Source: Pseudomonadota bacterium (GTDB lineage Bacteria > Pseudomonadota > Gammaproteobacteria > Burkholderiales > Burkholderiaceae_C). Taken from it: DNA of 64,000 nucleotides. Shown in pieces: positions 59,547-64,000 of this stretch (the stretch's first letter is position 1; every line of letters starts with the position of its first letter). Location of the stretch: contig JAZKCB010000031.1 in the NCBI GenBank assembly GCA_040388335.1, positions 7,076 to 71,075 of the forward strand, given 5' to 3'. Below the pieces are notes generated by a model, which did no database searches, was not told the origin of the DNA, and saw only the letters and a list, made by a program, of their open reading frames with translations. Position numbers and translations under genes: made by a program.

Positions 59547-60221
59547 CTAATTGGCCTTCAGCCCATTGAAGCAGGTGGCCATCACCAGATCAACGATCTC
59601 TTTATCGCTGTGCGTGCCGCCCGCCTTGAGGAAACCCGGCACCGGGTCGCAGGCACGGGCATACAGCGTGTAGAGCACCACCAGCGGCGGGATTTTCGGG
59701 TTCAGTGAACCATCTGCCTGCGCCGCTTCTATCCAGGCGCCGATGTGGTCGCTCACCGACATCAATCCGTCGAGGTAGCCCTTGTTGGCCATGAGGTTGG
59801 CGCGCAGGCTGGAGTTCTGGCTCGGCAAAATGGGCATTTGCCCGGCAATCTGCGCCTCCAGCATCCAGCGCGCAACCGCTTCCAGCTGGGCCAGCGGTTT
59901 GGCGTCTTTCGGCAAGGTACCGAGGAACTCCTGCGCGAGGCGCAGTATGCGCACCATGGCGGCGGCGGCCAGGTCTTCCTTGCTGGCGAAATGTTTGTAC
60001 AGGCTGGCTTTGGCTATGCCAACTTCAGCGGCAACCTCATCCACCGTCATCAGGTCAAAGCCCTTTTCCGCCAATAGGCGGTTGACCGCAAGAACAATGG
60101 CGTCTTCACGCGCCAGCAGCATTTGCGCCTTGAATGAAACTTTCACCGGGGCGGCTGACTCCGTCTTTGATGACAAGGTGGAAATCGGGGACCTGGCTGA
60201 CAGACGGGGCTTGAGGGGCAT
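59547..60221 (-). CDS. TetR-family regulator
   Basis: KGFDLMTVDEVAAEVGIAKASLYKHFASKEDL. Confidence 0.9.
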   Translation of the reverse strand: MPLKPRLSARSPISTLSSKTESAAPVKVSFKAQMLLAREDAIVLAVNRLLAEKGFDLMTVDEVAAEVGIAKASLYKHFASKEDLAAAAMVRILRLAQEFLGTLPKDAKPLAQLEAVARWMLEAQIAGQMPILPSQNSSLRANLMANKGYLDGLMSVSDHIGAWIEAAQADGSLNPKIPPLVVLYTLYARACDPVPGFLKAGGTHSDKEIVDLVMATCFNGLKAN

Positions 60222-60466
60222 GTGAAGATTTTAGCCATCCGGCGGGCAAAAGGTCTTGAAAGTCTGAAAACAGGCGACCAACCCATATTCTGCTCTGTCC
60301 ATCCATAAAAATACCACACAGTAGCCAACCAATTGTTTCAATTTTTAGTCGCGATTTCTGAAGGTGCAGGAGTATCTTGCATATATCTTGCATGACATGC
60401 CTCCATACATGCGGGAAAAGCATCCGGCGCCGGTTTTGAGTCTGGTTTGACACACGGGAGTGCACC

Positions 60467-61030
60467 ATGAAGATCGACATGAAAAGCCCTTTGACCTACG
60501 TCACAGCCTGGCTGGGAGCGACTGCCATGGCTTTTGGTCTTGCTGTGGCGTCGCCGAGCGAGTCCAGCGTTATGGGGCGCCTTCCCGAACTCATGTCGCA
60601 TGCGCTGGCGCACAAGCCGGTGTCGCTTTCCACCGATCTCCCCTCTGACAGGACACTGGCGCTCATCACTTTCGAACGCAGCCATCGCGTGCTGGCCGAC
60701 AGCTGGATCCAGGGCCTGAACCTGGACAAGGACACCAGCATTGCGTGGATGCGCATGCCGGTTCTGAAAGACCCGGGCACACAGACCGGCCGGAATGCCG
60801 CTGAAACCAGGCTTTTGCAGCGCTATTCCAGCCCCGGGGAACGCGCCAGGCTGGTGCCTGTTTTTGCAGACCGTGCCGATTTTGTGCGTTCCGCCGGGCT
60901 GAAAAGCACCGACCAGTTTTATGCCGTCATCGTCAATCGCGAGGGAGAGGTGCTGGCGCGGGTGGAAGGCGAGTTTGATGTGAACAAGGCCGAAATCCTG
61001 CGGGAAACGCTGAAGTCACAGGATTTATAA
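60467..61030 (+). CDS. Hypothetical secreted protein
   Basis: GGGAG SD and N-terminal signal-like segment. Confidence 0.6.
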   Translation: MKIDMKSPLTYVTAWLGATAMAFGLAVASPSESSVMGRLPELMSHALAHKPVSLSTDLPSDRTLALITFERSHRVLADSWIQGLNLDKDTSIAWMRMPVLKDPGTQTGRNAAETRLLQRYSSPGERARLVPVFADRADFVRSAGLKSTDQFYAVIVNREGEVLARVEGEFDVNKAEILRETLKSQDL

Positions 61031-61208
61031 GCCTTTCTGCGTATTTTTCACGATTCGCCGCTCGCCATTTGCGTAGCTGTCCTAGCGGTGCAGCCCGGCA
61101 CCTCTCAGGCGGCGTGCTGACGTCAGCCTGCCGAATTTGTCCAAAACCTGACGGCGTCACGGTCTGCGTCTTCTGCCTACACACAAACTCCCGAAAAAGC
61201 GTATTCTT

Positions 61209-61223
61209 TGCTGCAGTGCAACA
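61209..61223. promoter_or_regulatory. Candidate PhaR-type operator
   Basis: TGCTGCAGTGCAACA imperfect palindrome upstream of PHB depolymerase-family gene. Confidence 0.45.
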
Positions 61224-61258
61224 TTTTCTTGGGTTGTGCAGTCAAAAGGGGGTAGCGC

Positions 61259-62458
61259 ATGCGCAGACCAAAAACATTCAACCAGATATTTCTCAAGGCC
61301 AGCCGCGCCGCCGGCCTGGGCAGCCTCGTGGACGCGACCAGACTGATTCAGCGCGTCCTTCTCAATCCTTCGGCAGGCCCGGACTTCAGCCCTCTTCTGA
61401 GGCCATTCAAGCCATTTCGCTCGCCCAAGGCCCGCAGGCCCAGCTCCAAGCCCGCACGCCCGGCAACGGCCGAACCCGTCCACGCGCCAGCGGCCAAAGT
61501 CGTCGAGGCGCCCATCGCCAACCCCGCCGCCACCGAGGCCCCGCCCGTCGCCAAAGCGCGCAAGGCGTCTTTCAGCGAGCGCATCTTCAACTTCGGCGGC
61601 GAGCGTTACCCTTACCGCCTCTACATCCCCGCGGCGCCTGCAGGCGAAGACACGGCCGGTCGGGCCACCAGCCAGGCCGCGATGCCGCTTATCGTGCTGC
61701 TGCACGGCTGCAAACAGGATGCGCAGGATTTCGCACGCGGCACCGCCATGAACGCGCTGGCCGACGAACACGGCTGCATGGTGCTCTACCCCGAGCAGAT
61801 CTCGAAATCAAACGCCCAGCGCTGCTGGAACTGGTTTGAGCCCGACCACCAGCAACTCGACGAAGGCGAACCCGGCATGATTGCCGCGCTGACCCAGCAG
61901 GTGCTGGCCCACGACTACAACGGCCAGCGCCCCGACCCGCAACGGACCTACATCGCCGGCCTGTCCGCAGGCGGCGCCATGGCAGCCGTCGTGGCCGGCC
62001 TGTACCCGCACATCTTTGCCGCCGTCGGCGTGCATTCGGGCCTGCCCTCGGGCGCAGCGCAAGACCTGATGTCTGCCTTCGGCGCGATGCGGCGCGGCGC
62101 CAAGGGGCTGGCCACGCCGGCCATGCCGACCATCGTCTTTCACGGCAGCGGCGACACCACGGTGCACCCCGACAACGGCGACCACATCAGCGACGGCGCA
62201 CTCGCCGCACTCAAGGCGTCGGGCCTGCCGCTGCTCAAAAGCCGCAGCAAGGTCGGCGCAGCGACCCAGGAAACCAGCACCGAAAAAACCGTCTATCGTG
62301 TGGCCGACGGGCCGTCGTATGTTGAACACTGGCGCATCGATGCCGGCCCGCATGCGTGGTCTGGCGGAGACGCAGCGGGTTCGTACACAGACCCGGACGG
62401 ACCATCGGCTTCAGCCGCGATGCTGGCGTTTTTTCTGCAGCACAGCCTCAAAACCTGA
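61259..62458 (+). CDS. PHB depolymerase-family esterase
   Basis: LHGCKQ, CWNWF, GLSAGG, FHGSGD, HAWSGG. Confidence 0.88.
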   Translation: MRRPKTFNQIFLKASRAAGLGSLVDATRLIQRVLLNPSAGPDFSPLLRPFKPFRSPKARRPSSKPARPATAEPVHAPAAKVVEAPIANPAATEAPPVAKARKASFSERIFNFGGERYPYRLYIPAAPAGEDTAGRATSQAAMPLIVLLHGCKQDAQDFARGTAMNALADEHGCMVLYPEQISKSNAQRCWNWFEPDHQQLDEGEPGMIAALTQQVLAHDYNGQRPDPQRTYIAGLSAGGAMAAVVAGLYPHIFAAVGVHSGLPSGAAQDLMSAFGAMRRGAKGLATPAMPTIVFHGSGDTTVHPDNGDHISDGALAALKASGLPLLKSRSKVGAATQETSTEKTVYRVADGPSYVEHWRIDAGPHAWSGGDAAGSYTDPDGPSASAAMLAFFLQHSLKT

Positions 62459-62461
62459 AGT

Positions 62462-63079
62462 TCAGGCCTTCCGACCGGGGCGGTTGCCGATAGCCAGCAG
62501 CGCACCAGCGGCGATGATAAAAGCAGCTGCAATACCCACGACGTAAGCTGTTACGCCAGAGTAACCACCCACATTCATCGGGTTCAGGAAGGGATAGGGA
62601 TACCACTGAACAAGGCTGCCGCGAACCAGCACGTAGCCGATGTAGAGCACGGGAATGACCAGCACCCGCAGGAAAGGCTTGAGTCCCAGCTTCGCTTTGG
62701 GCGGCGACAGCAGCCAGTCGATCACCACCACGCAGGGCATGACGTAATGCAGCACGGTGTTGACCCAGGGCCGCAGGTCGCCGAGGTCGACATTGCGTAG
62801 CAGGATGGCGAACACCACGCCGACGACGGCCATGTTCACCACGGCAATGGCGCGCGCCAGGTCGCCGGGCGGCCTGCTGCCGGTCCAGCTGGCGGCCGCG
62901 CCCATCAGCAACACCACCGCCGCAAACAGGTTGGAGAGGTTGGTGAAGTAGCTGAAAAAATTGACGATGTTGTAGCCGCTGCGCACATGCTGCACCAGCT
63001 GCGTGCCCACGGCGGCCAGCACCAGCAGGCCGAAGGCGAGGCGAAGCGCGGCGACCATGGGTGATGACAAAGGTTTCAT
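62462..63079 (-). CDS. Pr6Pr-family membrane protein
   Basis: FFSYFTNLSN, LHYVMP, WYPYPFLNP. Confidence 0.8.
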   Translation of the reverse strand: MKPLSSPMVAALRLAFGLLVLAAVGTQLVQHVRSGYNIVNFFSYFTNLSNLFAAVVLLMGAAASWTGSRPPGDLARAIAVVNMAVVGVVFAILLRNVDLGDLRPWVNTVLHYVMPCVVVIDWLLSPPKAKLGLKPFLRVLVIPVLYIGYVLVRGSLVQWYPYPFLNPMNVGGYSGVTAYVVGIAAAFIIAAGALLAIGNRPGRKA

Positions 63080-63103
63080 GGCGCTTGACGCATGCGCCTG
63101 GCT

Positions 63104-63499
63104 TCAGCCCGCACCATGCGGCGTCTCGTTGCTCACCGCATAGGCGCTGCAACGCTCAGCTTCGATGGGGCGAACATCGTAAGACAGCCCGCAGGCCATG
63201 CAGGGATTGCCGGCCGACAGCGCTGCAGCTTCGTCCAGGCTGGCGGCCATGACGAACCAGTACCCGCCGATGACCTCCTTGGCTTCGGCAAACGGGCCGT
63301 CGGTGATGCCGCTTGTGGCCACGCGCTTGCCCTCCACCGCCAGGCGCTGGCCGGGTTTGATGCGGCCCTGCGCCAGATGGTCTTCGTACCAGACGTAGAA
63401 GTCGTCGATGGCCGTCTGGATCTCTTCTTTGGATTTATCGGCATCCCACTGGCCGCGCGAGATGACGAGGTATTCGGAAACCGGGGGTTTGCTGGTCAT
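63104..63499 (-). CDS. YciI-family protein
   Basis: TDGPFAEAKEVIGGYW, YDVRP. Confidence 0.85.
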   Translation of the reverse strand: MTSKPPVSEYLVISRGQWDADKSKEEIQTAIDDFYVWYEDHLAQGRIKPGQRLAVEGKRVATSGITDGPFAEAKEVIGGYWFVMAASLDEAAALSAGNPCMACGLSYDVRPIEAERCSAYAVSNETPHGAG

Positions 63500-63577
63500 G
63501 GCTTTATTCTGGTTTGATCAGGTCAATGCGTGAAAGCTGTCGCCAATATATCGGAGCCGCGCCCAGACCTTGTAACC

Positions 63578-63889
63578 GCTATTGATTCAGTAGCTGCTCA
63601 CGCCCGTATTTATAGGGCTGGAGCTCAAAAACACCCCTGAAAATCGGCTTTCAGGGCAGCTTTTTGCTGCTTCTGGCCATCGATTTGCCATCCTGGTCGG
63701 CTTACCAGCAAAAATGCATCACAAATAACCCATTGAGCATATAAAGAGTTATTTGTGATGCATTATTTATTTAAGCCTGCCGCAGTCGCCACCAAACTGG
63801 GCGAAACAGCCTCCACGAGGCCAATTTTAGGTGTCAAATCGGCCCGTAAACCAATAAACACCGACGTAAGCAACTATTAAAAATGTAGC
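63578..63889. repeat. Dispersed element copies 4 (- strand) and 5 (+ strand) as an inverted pair around a central palindrome
   Basis: Copy 4 reverse complement ends GCAGCTACTGAATCAATAGC; copy 5 ends GCAACTATTAAAAATGTAGC; 17-bp stem AATGCATCACAAATAAC-N18-GTTATTTGTGATGCATT at 63713-63764. Confidence 0.85.
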
Positions 63890-64000
63890 AAATGCAGATG
63901 TTCGCCGCATGCGCTGTGTGAGATGTGGCGCGCCGCACGCAGCGCGCCAGCATCCTCACATCCGCTCGAAAATCGCCGCAATGCCCTGGCCGCCACCGAT

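Overview
GC-rich betaproteobacterial chromosome segment. Gene content and intergenic repeats suggest Comamonadaceae (Polaromonas/Variovorax-like); this is an inference. It is mostly core genome: ampG, an OmpR-family two-component pair, waaF, ilvE, radA, alr, lplT, glutathione peroxidase, glcE/glcF, a sigma54/NtrC-type porin-glnK-amtB operon, comM, a split metH with an SAH riboswitch, recQ, threonine dehydratase and GTP-PEPCK. Accessory-looking blocks are a GAF/PAS kinase plus a triple-receiver hybrid kinase, an SHP/diheme cytochrome c/cytochrome b module with its own two-component system, and an asfABC-like flavoprotein-ferredoxin-binding protein trio. I saw no tRNA, rRNA, CRISPR array, transposase or integrase. 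The most interesting signals are non-coding. (1) A ~90-bp dispersed element occurs five times, ends in GCTAY-N7-RTAGC, and always lies ~145-165 bp from a long AT-rich palindrome; three copies sit between convergent genes and two form an inverted ~310-bp unit. (2) A candidate anti-Shine-Dalgarno small RNA lies in the amtB 3' region. (3) A consensus LexA box precedes radA. (4) Several other REP/MITE-like elements and candidate operators are present. All calls were made by eye, without database searches.
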